Source of the DNA: Candidatus Latescibacterota bacterium
GTDB lineage: Bacteria > Latescibacterota > UBA2968 > GCA-2709665
Reading direction: 5' to 3'
DNA: 64,000 bases
NCBI GenBank assembly: GCA_965219455.1
Contig: OZ244744.1
Location: 2,592,001 to 2,656,000 of the forward strand
Part shown: one piece after another, positions 18,780-30,148 of the stretch
How the letters are laid out: each line of letters opens with the position of its first letter
Position numbering within the stretch: the stretch's first letter is position 1
The notes under the pieces: model-generated
The model's input: only the letters and a program-made list of their open reading frames with translations
The model's database searches: none
Told to the model about the DNA's origin: nothing
Translations under genes and position numbers: made by a program

Positions 18780-21152
18780 TTATTCGCTGCGCAGTGCTTC
18801 CACGGGGTTGGCCGTCGCGGCGCGGATCGCCTGTCCACTCACAGTCAACAGCGCGATCCCCATCACCAGGCCTCCGGACGCCGCAAACATCCACCATTCG
18901 ATATTCGAGCGATAGGCGAAATCCTGCAGCCAACGGGACAGGACGTAATACGCGATCGGCGACGTGAAAACAAAAGCGATCAGCACGTGCCGGGCAAAGT
19001 CCCTGGTCAGCAGGAACACGATGTTCGCCACCGTGGCGCCCAGCACCTTGCGAATGCCAATCTCTGTTTTCCGCTTCGCAGTCGCGAAGGAAGCCAGCCC
19101 CAGGAGACCAAGGCAGGCGATGAAAATCGCGAGGCCGGAAAATACATGCACGACACGAATCATCCGTTGCTCGTTTTCGTAGAGCCGAAGATAGTCGCTG
19201 TCCAGAAAGGAATAATCGAATGGCTGATCGGGTGCGAATTTCTCCCACAAGCCTCGCACCGATGCAGCAGCGTCGGCCACGTTGCCGGGATGCAACCGAA
19301 CGACGACATAAGTACGGCCCCAGCGGAGAAAGGGAAGCACCAGTGGTTCGATCCGATGGCGAAGTGACTGGTAGTGGAAGTCCTCGACGACTCCTATGAC
19401 CTTTCCTTCACGACCCGCAAGTACCATTCGCTTACCAACCGGGTCTTTCCATCCTAGTATCGAGGCGGCCGAACGATTGATCAGGAAGGCCGTTGAATCC
19501 GAAGGGAATTCTTCAGGAGCAAAATTCCTACCCCGAATGACCTCCAGCCCCAGGGCTTCCGCGTAGTGCTCATCAACCGTCGCGAAGGCGAGAGATGTCT
19601 GTTCGTAGTTGGCCGGTTGCTCCAGCCGGAACAGCACAGAGCCGAATTCCTTTCCCGGCACGCTTTGTGCAACTGAGGCGGCGACCACGAAAGCAAGCGA
19701 TGTGAGTCGTTCTTGGAATGCGTGTGACTGCCGCCCAAGAGCCCTGGCGCCGTGTACGACAAGTACGTTTTCTCTATCGAATCCGAGTCGCTTGTGTTGT
19801 ACAAAGAGAAGCTGGTCGCGAATCACGAATACCCCGATGAGCATGCCTATCGAGACGCAGAATTGCGCCACGACGAGCCCGTTGCGCAACCGCTCTCCCC
19901 CAGGGCCCGCCGCAAGACGCCCGGTAAACACGTCCGAAGGCCGAAAGGAAGACAGCACGAGCGCGGGATACAGGCCGGCCAGCGCGGCGACCACGACGAA
20001 TACCCCGCACAGAGCCAGAGCAACCGGCGGAGAACTCAGGCTGCTCATCGCCAACTGTTTTCCCGTGAGGCTTACCAGATGGGATATTGCCAGTTCGCTG
20101 AGCCCCATCGCCAGAACGAGCGCCAGGACAAAGTGCATGGACGACTCAATGAGAAACTGGCGGACGAGTCTCCCGCGTCGTGAACCCAGCACCATTCGAA
20201 TACCAATCTCTCGAGTCCGGCTGGTTGACAACGCCGTGTGCAGATTTACGAAATTCACGCACGCCAGGAACAGAACAAGCACGGCAACCAGGGTGAAGAT
20301 ATATACGTGCGCAATCTCGCTATTCTGTTCGAGTTCGTAGTCGTACTGCGAGCGCAGGTGAATATGCGTCATCGGCTGCAAGCAGAACCGGCTGTAACCA
20401 CCCGATCGGGTAAAGCTTGCCGCCAGCCCTTGACGATTAACGTACTCTCGGAGTTTCGTTTCCACCTCGGAAGCGTTAGTCTGCTCCCTCAAAGCGACAT
20501 ATGTAAATACGGTGGCCGACCCCCATTGCGTCTTGCGTTGCTCTACAATGGGAAGCGTCCACAATGGCGCAAGAAAGTCGAATTGAAAATGGGACTGCTG
20601 AGGGAACTCTCGCACCACGCCCGTGACCCGCAGAGTCGTACCGTCGGTCAGGTTCAGCGGCTGACCCAGCGGGTCCTGACCCCGGAAGTATCGCCGCGCC
20701 GTCTGTACGGTAATCACAACAGAATCGGGGTCCCGAAGCGCGGTCATCGGATCTCCTGATATAAAACGCACGGTAAACACGTCGAAGAAGCCCGTCTCCA
20801 CGTAAAAAAAGCGGGGCTCGTTTGCGCGCGTCTGTCCGACCCGAAGCGTGCGCCGTTCCCGGCGCATGCGCACGGTGCGCTCCACTTCAGGAAAGCTGGA
20901 CAGCGCTTCAGCTACCGGAACAGGACTCAACGGCGGCGTCCACGCGTTGTCTCCGAACTGCCCGTCCCAGAGGACGCGATGGATTCTGTCCGCCTTCTCG
21001 TGAAACCTGTCGTAGCTGACTTCGTCCAATACGAGCATCAGAACCAACAGACAACACGCAAGCCCGACGGCCAGACCCACCACGTTGATCGCGGCATACA
21101 GCGGATGCCGCAGCAGATTTCGCCAGGCTATCGTGACGTAATTCCAGAACAT
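18780..21152 (-). CDS. ABC transporter permease, duplicated MacB/FtsX type (P4)
   Basis: MFWNYVTIAWRNL start; REIGIRMVLGS; NPVEALRSE end. Confidence 0.95.
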   Translation of the reverse strand: MFWNYVTIAWRNLLRHPLYAAINVVGLAVGLACCLLVLMLVLDEVSYDRFHEKADRIHRVLWDGQFGDNAWTPPLSPVPVAEALSSFPEVERTVRMRRERRTLRVGQTRANEPRFFYVETGFFDVFTVRFISGDPMTALRDPDSVVITVQTARRYFRGQDPLGQPLNLTDGTTLRVTGVVREFPQQSHFQFDFLAPLWTLPIVEQRKTQWGSATVFTYVALREQTNASEVETKLREYVNRQGLAASFTRSGGYSRFCLQPMTHIHLRSQYDYELEQNSEIAHVYIFTLVAVLVLFLACVNFVNLHTALSTSRTREIGIRMVLGSRRGRLVRQFLIESSMHFVLALVLAMGLSELAISHLVSLTGKQLAMSSLSSPPVALALCGVFVVVAALAGLYPALVLSSFRPSDVFTGRLAAGPGGERLRNGLVVAQFCVSIGMLIGVFVIRDQLLFVQHKRLGFDRENVLVVHGARALGRQSHAFQERLTSLAFVVAASVAQSVPGKEFGSVLFRLEQPANYEQTSLAFATVDEHYAEALGLEVIRGRNFAPEEFPSDSTAFLINRSAASILGWKDPVGKRMVLAGREGKVIGVVEDFHYQSLRHRIEPLVLPFLRWGRTYVVVRLHPGNVADAAASVRGLWEKFAPDQPFDYSFLDSDYLRLYENEQRMIRVVHVFSGLAIFIACLGLLGLASFATAKRKTEIGIRKVLGATVANIVFLLTRDFARHVLIAFVFTSPIAYYVLSRWLQDFAYRSNIEWWMFAASGGLVMGIALLTVSGQAIRAATANPVEALRSE

Positions 21153-21388
21153 CGCCTTAATCCCGTTTGATTGCAATCTACAAAAACCACGTGGGTACGT
21201 TTGGCAGGACCGCGAAAACCAAACAACGCTGCAGAAAACATTGTACTTGACCCTGTTTCCCGCGGATAGGCCGTACTCTTATCGAGGATTCTTCTCGCCG
21301 TTTTATCTCCCAATACCAGGCCCCGCGCTTCCGTCGCCCCAATCGATGAGGCAGCTTGAACCGGCCGCCAGAGAAAGTGTGCCGTGCG

Positions 21389-23739
21389 CTAATCGTACCG
21401 CAAAGCATCTACTGGATTTGCAGTTGCGGCTTTGAACGCCTGGGTAGTAGCTGTGAACAACACCATGGCGAATGTCAGGAATCCACCTAACACAAACACC
21501 TGTGGTCCGATATTAATCCTATATGCGAAATCTTGAAGCCAATGGCTTATGGTGAAGTAAGCCATCGGCCAGCCGACTAGATTAGCCAGGACCAATAGCT
21601 TCATGAAATCTTTCGAAAACAGTAAGACCGTGTTCAGGGTTGACGCCCCCAGGGCCTTCCGAATACCTACCTCCTTTGTGCGTCGAACTACAGCGAGGGC
21701 TGTCAACCCGAAGGCCCCCAGGCAAGCGATGAAGATTGCAAAAAGGGCCGAATACCCCACAATTTGTCCCCAACGCTGGTCCGACCTGTAGAGTCTGTCT
21801 ACATGTTCATCCAGGAATTCAAAGTCGAAAGGCAGATTCGGTACAACCTGATGCCATTTGTTTTTCAAGAGCTCAATGGTCGCCGCAATTTCGTCTGCAC
21901 GTATCTTGACAAACATGTAGGATGGAGTCGATGTGAGAGAAAATGCCACGGGTTCAATCGGAAGATGGAGGGATTGATAATGGAAGTCCTTAACCACACC
22001 GATAATGGTCTGATCCGTAAAAGCTCCCTTCATTTGTTCAGAGGCGCCTAAACCAAATGTCTGCATCCAGGTCTCATTAACCACGACCCCCTCGACACCA
22101 GATTCGTCTGAGAAACCCCTCCCTGAGACCAGTTCAATCCCCATAAAATCGAAGTACCCATGGTCAACCTGGTACATCCCGAAACTTACCTTTTCATCCT
22201 TGTAGGTAGTCGTATATCTTCTTAGTCCCCAGCCAAGGAGATCCGATGCACCAGAGATCTCCAAAATACCCTCGTGCTGGACCAACTCATTCTTGAATCC
22301 TTCCATAACCCCGGCTCTGTCGAGTTTCGATAAGGGCATAACCAGGACAGGCTCACCGTGAGATCCCAGGCTTTTAGTCTTTAAGAACTCGACCTGTTCA
22401 AACACAAGGATGGCACTGATGATAAAAAAGATGGACAAAGAATATTGAGTAATTATAAGAGTCTGAACCAAAACGCCGGTTCCACTGATCCGCGGTGTTT
22501 TTTTCAGTACCTCTACAGGTTGGTAACGCGACAATTCAGCAGCGGGATACCCCCCGGTGGCCAAACTTACCAGGAACATGAGTCCAGCCAGGATCCCTGC
22601 AGTCCATCCATCCATTTCGAATTCGAACGGTGGTGTCATTTGGACCAGATCGTTGAAATTCGGTAAAAACAGTTCTGCTATTGCAAATCCCAGCAACAGT
22701 GCTACAAAACTCAGTATAAGGGACTCACTCCAAAACTGCACCACGACCTGGGTTCTTGAAGCGCCTGCTACTTTGCGCACACCCACTTCTTTGGCACGAA
22801 CCACAGACCGGCTTATGGAGAGGTTCGCGAAATTGACACATGCGATCAATAGGACCAGTAGCGCAATTCCAGTTAGAACGTAGGAATAGACCGGATTACT
22901 CGCCGGCTCTGGTCCGTAGAGGACATAGTTGGCGTGGTGAACGTCGGTAAGTCTCTGGAGACGCAATATCCATCTTTCTGGATCCCCCAGAATTTTTCCA
23001 CTATCGCGGGGAATTTTGCTTCAACCTCGGAGGGAAGGGCCGTCTCCGCCAACCGTACATAGACTGTATGGCCGTAAATGTGCGTGGACCTGCTGCGGAT
23101 GTCTACTTCCAAAATGTCTATCAGCCGTTCGTATGGTAGAAGACAGTCGAATCGAATGCTGGAGTTCGCCGGTATGCGATGGGCCACACCTGTCACGAGA
23201 AAATCGTGAAACTGGCTGCCCGAGCCAAGAATCGCAATCTGTTTACCCACCGGATTTTCGTTGCAAAAAAACTTCCTCGCCACCTCCTCCCCCAATACGA
23301 CTGAATTCTTATTCCGAAGGGCCGTACTTTGATCGCCCACTCTGAGCGGAAAGCTGAGAATATCGAACAGGGAAGCATCAGCAAAGAGAAGATCCTGCTC
23401 AAACATCCTCTCCCCGACCCTCATCCATTTCCTGCTTGCCTTCAGCCTGACCGTATGGACTATTTCCGGGACATTCTCAGCTAATACGGGTGCCAAAGGT
23501 GGATTCTGGGTAACAAAGTACCGAAGGTCTCCGTCCGGCTCCTTCCAACCTATATAAAGTCGGTAAATGGAATTCACGTGTTTGTGGAAGGTATCGTAAG
23601 ACCACTCGTGACGCACATAAAGGAACGCCAGCAGACAGAACGCAATCGCGATGCCCAGACCCACCACGTTGATCGCGGCATAAAGCGGGTGCCGCAGCAG
23701 ATTCCGCCAGGCCACCTTGAGATAATTCCAGAACATCAA
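21389..23739 (-). pseudogene. ABC permease (P5) split by a one-base frameshift in a G5 tract
   Basis: ORFs 22873-23739 and 21389-22966; adding one G at 22984-22988 gives continuous KFWGDPERWILRLQRLTDVH. Confidence 0.85.
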
Positions 23740-23799
23740 TCGATACCTCGCGAATTGAATTCTTCAAGGACAGTTCGTTGTCCCGCGCCGGCGAATCAG

Positions 23800-24057
23800 C
23801 CGCGATACGGATCCGCTATTCGTGCGCCCCACTGTCATGCTAAGGAGGCCGAACGGCTGATGATGTATCCGCGCCAATGTGTTTACGTGGGTATCTGCCT
23901 TTCGAACAATCGAGTAGACGGGAGATTCTTCGACTCCGCTCAGAATGACATGCTTTGCAATAACCGTTGACGAAAACTGTCGGTCAAGTGTCGGTACAAA
24001 CTGTCATCCTGAGGAAGCCGATGCGAGGGTGGGGCAGACATTCCTGTCTGCCCTTCA
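23800..24057. repeat. Composite REP-like cluster
   Basis: Same tgtcatNctga / tcagaatgaca and gtggggcagacattcctgtctgcc motifs. Confidence 0.85.
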
Positions 24058-26442
24058 TCACTCATACCGCAGCGCGTCGACGGGATTCGCGCGGGCTGCT
24101 TTGAGCGTCTCATAGCTTACGGTAATCAGCGCAATGCATAGCGCCAGCAAGCCCCCAAGGACAAACGTCGAGATGGCCAGATCAACCCGGTAGGCGAAAT
24201 TCTCCAACCAACGGTCCATCGCGTAATAGGCAATCGGCCAGGCGACCAGATTGGCAACACCGACAAGCAGGACATATTCTCTGGACAAGAGCAAGACAAT
24301 ACTGCAAACAGATGCCCCCACTGCCTTCCGGACACCGATTTCCTTTGTGCGTTGTTGCACGGAAAGAGAAACCAGGCCAAACAGTCCAAGACCGGCTATA
24401 AGAATCGCAAGCAACGAGAAACTGCCAAATAGAACCCCCAGCCTAGCTTCCGATCGGTATAGCTGATCAAAAGACACATCCAGGAATGAATATTCAAACG
24501 GCGCACCTGAAGACACCTCACGCCATTGTGCCTTCAAAAAAGCGAGTGTGCCTGCGACATCGTCGGGGCGGATCCGGACGGAGATGTAGTTTGTCCAGCC
24601 CCCTTCGACTAACATGATAACGAGCGGTTCAATAACGTGATGGAGGGACTTGTAATGAAAGTCCTTCACAACGCCCACGACGTCACCTTGAACGTTTAAC
24701 TTGAATTCGCCGTTTTCCGCAAAGACATGAGCGAACTTTTGATTAGCGCGCGACGTCCATCCCAATTTCCTCATAGCCGCATGATTCAGAATAAATGTGC
24801 CATGTCGATCAACATCCTCCGAGAATACTCTCCCATCCAGAAGTTCAAAACCAAAGGTCTCGATGAACTCGTGATCTACAAACATCACATTCATTACCAA
24901 TGGTTCTTTGTGCGTAGCGTCCGTAAGCGGGCGGAAATAATGGCTGGCAATCTCCCGCCCAGGCACGGTCGAAGAAGCAGACACATTCAACACGGTACTA
25001 TGCGTTGACACTGTGTTTCTAAAACGCTCCGTTACATCGCTATTTCCGTACGGCACCATGATGACATGGTCAGGCCGAAATCCAAGTCGCTTGTTTCGAA
25101 TGTAACCGGCCTGGTCATTAACCACTCCGGTCCCAACTATCAGTATGGTCGAGACGGCAAATTGAACAATCACAAGCGTCTTTTGCAGGCTTGTTTTTTT
25201 TGGAACGGCGTCCGAAACACCCCCTAACGCACCGACCGGTTGAAAGGAGGACAGAAACAGGGCGGGATAGCTTCCGGACAGCACACCGGCAAACAGCAAT
25301 ACTGCTATTAGAACCAGCAAAATATCCCGGCTTTTCAGGTAATTAACAACCAGGTCGCGTTCCACAAAGGCGCCGAATGAGGGCAGCAGAATCTCAACCA
25401 ACACGACAGCGACAACAAGGGCAATTAAGGCCAGTAATATCGCCTCTCCGAAAAACTGAAAAATCAGCTGCCCTCGATACGCGCCGGCCACTTTTCGCAT
25501 ACCGACCTCTTTCGACCGATACGCCGAGCGGGCGGTCGAAAGGTTCGCGAAATTGATACACGCAAGCAGTAAAACAAAAGCGGCAATGACGAGAAATAGG
25601 TAGACATATCGAATATCTCCGTGCTGGCCGATCTCAAACTCCAGACCGGAATGTAGATGAATATCGGCTAACGGCTGCAGAAACGGTTTCAACTGAATAC
25701 CTGCCGTCTCGATTCTGGCCCCAATGTGTCGCTCTACGAAATCCGGCAGCTGCATTTCCAACAAGGCGGCAGACGCGTTGTCTTGCAAGAGCAGATAAGT
25801 ATGATAACTTTGAGCGATCCAATCATCACCGTGACGTTCGATCGGCGATGCCAGAAAATCGAAGCGCAAATGGGAATTATAGATGGGGTTTTCCAGGATG
25901 CCGGTTACCTTAAACAACTTTCGGTCCACCGAGAGGGTCCGCCCCATCGGATTGTCGTCGCCGAAATACTTCCGAGCCATTTCTGCAGTCAGCACAATGG
26001 AATACGGATCCTGAAGCGCCGTATGAGGATCTCCCTTGCTCAGTGGAAAATCAAAGACCCGGAAGACATTCCAATCCGTGAAAAACACGCCCTGTTCGTA
26101 AAAGAAATCCTCCTTTGTTCCAACCAGTGTCTTTCCGAAGACTTTCCGGAAGAACCGCACGGCGTCCACAACGACCGGATAATCCTGGACGAGTGCCGGA
26201 CCCATCCGGAACGACGTAATCGCAACACGATGCGTTTTCCCGCTCACACGAAGCTCATTGGCAAGCCGGAAGATTCGATCCGCGTTTTCGTGGTGCCGAT
26301 CATAGCTCAGATCATCCTGAACGTAGAGTAGGATAAGCATGCAGCACGCCATGCCGATTGCAAGTCCGAGGATATTTATCGCCGAAAAGCTCTTGTTCCT
26401 CATCAGGTTGCGAGCGGCAACTTTCAGGTAGTTTGCGATCAC
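24058..26442 (-). CDS. ABC transporter permease, duplicated MacB/FtsX type (P6)
   Basis: MIANYLKVAARNL start; 794 aa; NPVDALRYE end. Confidence 0.95.
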   Translation of the reverse strand: MIANYLKVAARNLMRNKSFSAINILGLAIGMACCMLILLYVQDDLSYDRHHENADRIFRLANELRVSGKTHRVAITSFRMGPALVQDYPVVVDAVRFFRKVFGKTLVGTKEDFFYEQGVFFTDWNVFRVFDFPLSKGDPHTALQDPYSIVLTAEMARKYFGDDNPMGRTLSVDRKLFKVTGILENPIYNSHLRFDFLASPIERHGDDWIAQSYHTYLLLQDNASAALLEMQLPDFVERHIGARIETAGIQLKPFLQPLADIHLHSGLEFEIGQHGDIRYVYLFLVIAAFVLLLACINFANLSTARSAYRSKEVGMRKVAGAYRGQLIFQFFGEAILLALIALVVAVVLVEILLPSFGAFVERDLVVNYLKSRDILLVLIAVLLFAGVLSGSYPALFLSSFQPVGALGGVSDAVPKKTSLQKTLVIVQFAVSTILIVGTGVVNDQAGYIRNKRLGFRPDHVIMVPYGNSDVTERFRNTVSTHSTVLNVSASSTVPGREIASHYFRPLTDATHKEPLVMNVMFVDHEFIETFGFELLDGRVFSEDVDRHGTFILNHAAMRKLGWTSRANQKFAHVFAENGEFKLNVQGDVVGVVKDFHYKSLHHVIEPLVIMLVEGGWTNYISVRIRPDDVAGTLAFLKAQWREVSSGAPFEYSFLDVSFDQLYRSEARLGVLFGSFSLLAILIAGLGLFGLVSLSVQQRTKEIGVRKAVGASVCSIVLLLSREYVLLVGVANLVAWPIAYYAMDRWLENFAYRVDLAISTFVLGGLLALCIALITVSYETLKAARANPVDALRYE

Positions 26443-26469
26443 TTATGGCCACCTCCTTTGTTTTCCCTG

Positions 26470-26975
26470 GCGCGGCTTCGCTCAGAATGACAGCACCGCC
26501 GATCACCATCGGCGAAACGTATCCGTCACCCACTCGCCAAACCTGTCATCCTGAGGAGGCCGCCAGACGGCGAAGCCTCCGCGCATATGGGCTGGTGAAG
26601 GCTTCCGCTGCACGTCAATCCGAGTAGACGGGAGATTCTTCGACTGCGCTCAGAATGACAACCTGGGCGATGAACATCCACGAAACGCATCCGTTACGCC
26701 CTCGCCAAACATGTCATCCTGAGGAGGCCGCCAGGCCGACGAAGGATCTACTGCGGCATTGGATCATCCCCACGCGATTTGCACGTGTCAATACCTGAGA
26801 GGCAGCACGGCCGCCTCCTGCGTGGAACGGCAGTAGACGGGAGATTCTTCGCTGCGCTCAGAATGACAGGTCGACCGATCAGCATTCGCGAAATGCGTCC
26901 GTCACACGTGCGCACAAACTGTCATGCTCAGGAAGCCAGTGTGAAGGTGGGGCGGACATTCCTGTCTGCCCGCCC
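26470..26975. repeat. Composite REP-like cluster
   Basis: Alternating inverted tgtcatcctgagg and gctcagaatgaca units. Confidence 0.88.
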
Positions 26976-29360
26976 TTACTCATACCGCAGCGCGTCCACG
27001 GGATTTGCCCTGGATGCTTTGAGCGTCTCATAGCTCACGGTGAGAAGCGCAATGCACAACGACAGCAATCCGCCAAGGACAAACGTCGAAATCGCCGGAT
27101 CAACCCGGTAGGCGAAATTCTCCAGCCACCGGTTCATCGCATAGTAGGCGACTGGCCAGGCAATCAAATTGGCAGCCCCCACAAGCAGGACATATTCTTT
27201 GGACAAAAGCAAAACGATACTGGAAACAGATGCCCCCACCGCCTTCCGGACACCGATTTCCTTGGTACGTTGTTGCACACTGATAGACGCCAGGCCAAAC
27301 AGACCAAGGCCTGCCACGACAATCGCCAGGACGGAGAAACTGCCGAATAGCATGCCCAACCGGGCTTCCGTCCGGTATAGCCGGTCGAATGACGTATCCA
27401 GGAACGAATAGTCAAACGGCGTATTCGGTACGGCCTCGCGCCATTGGGTTTCTAGAAAATCCAGCGTGCCGGCAATGTCGTCCGGGCGTATCCGGATGGA
27501 AAGGTAGTCTCTTGTCCACCCCCCGCCCATCATGATCACAAGCGGTTCAATCTGATGATGGAGAGACTTGTAATGAAAGTCCTTCACAACCCCCACCACG
27601 TCTCCCTGCAGTCCCGCTCTCATTTCAGCACCTTCTCCATAGACGTCCATTCCAAACTGTCTATTCGCACAGGAAGTCCACCCTAAATTCCTCATCGCTG
27701 CTTGATTCAGCATAAATGCTCCCTTGCGATCGCTTGCAACGTCATCCGACAATGCCCTTCCCTCCAATACTTCAATGCCAAACGTCTCGATAAACCCGTG
27801 ATCCACGTACATCACGTTCATCAGCACAGCATCTTTGTATGCGCCATCCGTGACGGGGGAAAACACATTGGCGGGCATCACCCCGCCTGGTACAGTCGAA
27901 GAGGCTGTTACATTCAGTACGGCGCTGTGTGCCGACACTCTATTTCGGTAGCGTCGCTCCGGCTCGCCGCCGCCGTTCGGCATGACAACGATATGTTCCT
28001 TTCGAAATCCAAGACGCCTGTTTCGAATATAATCTGCCTGGTCATAGACCAGACCGGTCCCAATGACCAGAATGACGGATATTGCGAATTGGACAATAAT
28101 AAGCGTCTTTCGCATAGCAGATTGTTTCGAACCGGCGTCCATCACCCCTTTAAATACCAGGACCGGTTTAAGCGCTGAGAGAAAAAACGCTGGATAGCTC
28201 CCGGAGAACAAGCCAGTAAACAGCGCAATGCCGATCAAAGCCAACAAGACGTTCCGGCTTTTCAGGTAGTCGATGACCAGGTCGCGTTCGACAAAGGCTT
28301 CAAATGAGGGAAGCAGGATCTCCACCATCACACAGGCGATAACAATGGCAATTGAAGCCAGCAATGTCGATTCGCCCAAAAACTGACCGATCAACTCGCC
28401 CCGGTTTGCGCCGACCACTTTCCGCAGCCCGATCTCCTTTGAGCGGTTCTCCGAGCGGGCGGTCGAAAGGTTCATAAAATTGATACACGCGAGCATTAAT
28501 ACAATAAACGCGATAACCAGAAAGAGATAGATATACCGGATATCCCCGTTGGGACTGATTTCAAAATCCAGGTGTGAATGAAGATGAATATCGGTCACAG
28601 GCTGCAGAAAGAGTTTCAAATGTATACCCGCAGCTTCGATTTCTGCTCCGAGGTGCCTGTCGATGAAACCCGGCAACTTCGTTTCGACCTCGTCGGCAGC
28701 CTGCGTGGACTGCAGGAGCAGATAGGTATAGAAGTCTATGCTGAGCCAGCCCTTGCTGATGTTTAGCGATGCGAGAAAGTCGAATTGTAAATGCGATCTG
28801 TGTTTTGAGTTCCTCAACACACCCGTAATCTTATACGTATTGCCGCCCAACGAAAGCGTCCGCCCCATCGGATCCTCGTCTCCGAAATATTTCCGAGCCA
28901 TCGCTTCCGTCAAGACAATGGAATTGGGTTCCTGGAGTGCGGTTTGAGGATCTCCCTTGCTCAGGGGAAAATCGAAGACCTGGAAGACGTTTGCATCCAC
29001 AAACAGGACGCCTCTTTCGTAGAAATGACGCTGCTGATTTGCAACAAGCGTCTTTTCATCTTTCAGGTGAAACCTGACCGCGTCTTCTACTGACGGAAAT
29101 TCTTGAACGAGAGTTGAACCCATCGGGAATGATGTAAGGGCGAACCGACCGGGCGCACCTTCCGATTGTATCTCTGCGGCAAGCCTGTAGATCCGGTGCG
29201 CGTTTTCGTGGTGCCGGTCATAGCTCAGATCATCCTGAACGTAGAGTAGGATAAGCATGCAGCACGCCATGCCGATTGCAAGACCAAGGATGTTGATCGC
29301 CGAAAAGGTCTTGTTCCTTATCAGGTTGCGAATGGCGACTTTCAGGTAATTCGCGATCAC
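26976..29360 (-). CDS. ABC transporter permease, duplicated MacB/FtsX type (P7), close paralogue of P6
   Basis: GTG start VIANYLKVAIRNL; extensive identity with P6. Confidence 0.95.
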   Translation of the reverse strand: MIANYLKVAIRNLIRNKTFSAINILGLAIGMACCMLILLYVQDDLSYDRHHENAHRIYRLAAEIQSEGAPGRFALTSFPMGSTLVQEFPSVEDAVRFHLKDEKTLVANQQRHFYERGVLFVDANVFQVFDFPLSKGDPQTALQEPNSIVLTEAMARKYFGDEDPMGRTLSLGGNTYKITGVLRNSKHRSHLQFDFLASLNISKGWLSIDFYTYLLLQSTQAADEVETKLPGFIDRHLGAEIEAAGIHLKLFLQPVTDIHLHSHLDFEISPNGDIRYIYLFLVIAFIVLMLACINFMNLSTARSENRSKEIGLRKVVGANRGELIGQFLGESTLLASIAIVIACVMVEILLPSFEAFVERDLVIDYLKSRNVLLALIGIALFTGLFSGSYPAFFLSALKPVLVFKGVMDAGSKQSAMRKTLIIVQFAISVILVIGTGLVYDQADYIRNRRLGFRKEHIVVMPNGGGEPERRYRNRVSAHSAVLNVTASSTVPGGVMPANVFSPVTDGAYKDAVLMNVMYVDHGFIETFGIEVLEGRALSDDVASDRKGAFMLNQAAMRNLGWTSCANRQFGMDVYGEGAEMRAGLQGDVVGVVKDFHYKSLHHQIEPLVIMMGGGWTRDYLSIRIRPDDIAGTLDFLETQWREAVPNTPFDYSFLDTSFDRLYRTEARLGMLFGSFSVLAIVVAGLGLFGLASISVQQRTKEIGVRKAVGASVSSIVLLLSKEYVLLVGAANLIAWPVAYYAMNRWLENFAYRVDPAISTFVLGGLLSLCIALLTVSYETLKASRANPVDALRYE

Positions 29361-29454
29361 GTCGGGACACCTCGTGCGTCTTCCGTGGCGCGGCTTCGTT
29401 AGGCTCAGCCCCAACAAAAACTGTATGGCGCTAATATACACCGTTGGATCATCC

Positions 29455-30148
29455 GCGAAATGCGTCCGTCACACGTGCACCCACACCGTCATGTTCAGGA
29501 AGCCGTCTGGCCAACGAAGCGTCCGCGCAAATGGGCTGGTGAAAGGCTTCCGCTGCACGTCCAATCCAGAAGACGAGAGATTCTTCGCTGCGCTCAGAAT
29601 GACAGGTGGCCGGTCATCATCACTGATATGTTCCGGTCACACGTGCGCCCACACTGTCTTGCTGTGGCTGCCGCCAAGCAAACCAAGCGTCCGCGCAAAT
29701 GGGCCGGTGAAGGCTTCCGCTGCACGTCTATTCGAGAAGACGGGAGATTCTTCGACTCCGCTCAGAATGACATGCTTTGCAATAACCATTGGCGAAAACT
29801 GTCGGTCAAGTGTCGGTACAAACTGTCATCCTGAGGAAGCCCTGTCTGCCGTGCCCGGCACAGGCAGGCGCCAGGCTGACGAAGGATCTACTGCGGCATT
29901 GAATCATCCCCGCGCGATTTGCACGTGTCAATACCTGAGAGGCAGCACGGCCGCCTCCTGCGTAGAACGGCAGTAGCGAGAGATTCTTCGACTTCGCTCA
30001 GAATGACATGACTTTCAATAGGCATCGTCGAAATGCGCCTGCCTGCGCGGCGCACCGCGCTGCAGGCAGGTCCGTCGCTCGCCGGCTCTGGCTGTCATGC
30101 TGAGGAAGCGGGTGTGAAGGTGGGGCGGACATTCCTGTCTGCCCGCCC
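29455..30148. repeat. Composite REP-like cluster
   Basis: Same motifs; 29880-29975 matches 26740-26835. Confidence 0.88.

Noticed and set aside
18051-18838. Short ORFs in inter-permease spacers (also 26358-27033, 29374-29976, 32657-33407)
   Set aside because: They are translations of REP repeats (RFFAALRMT, CHPEEA), not genes
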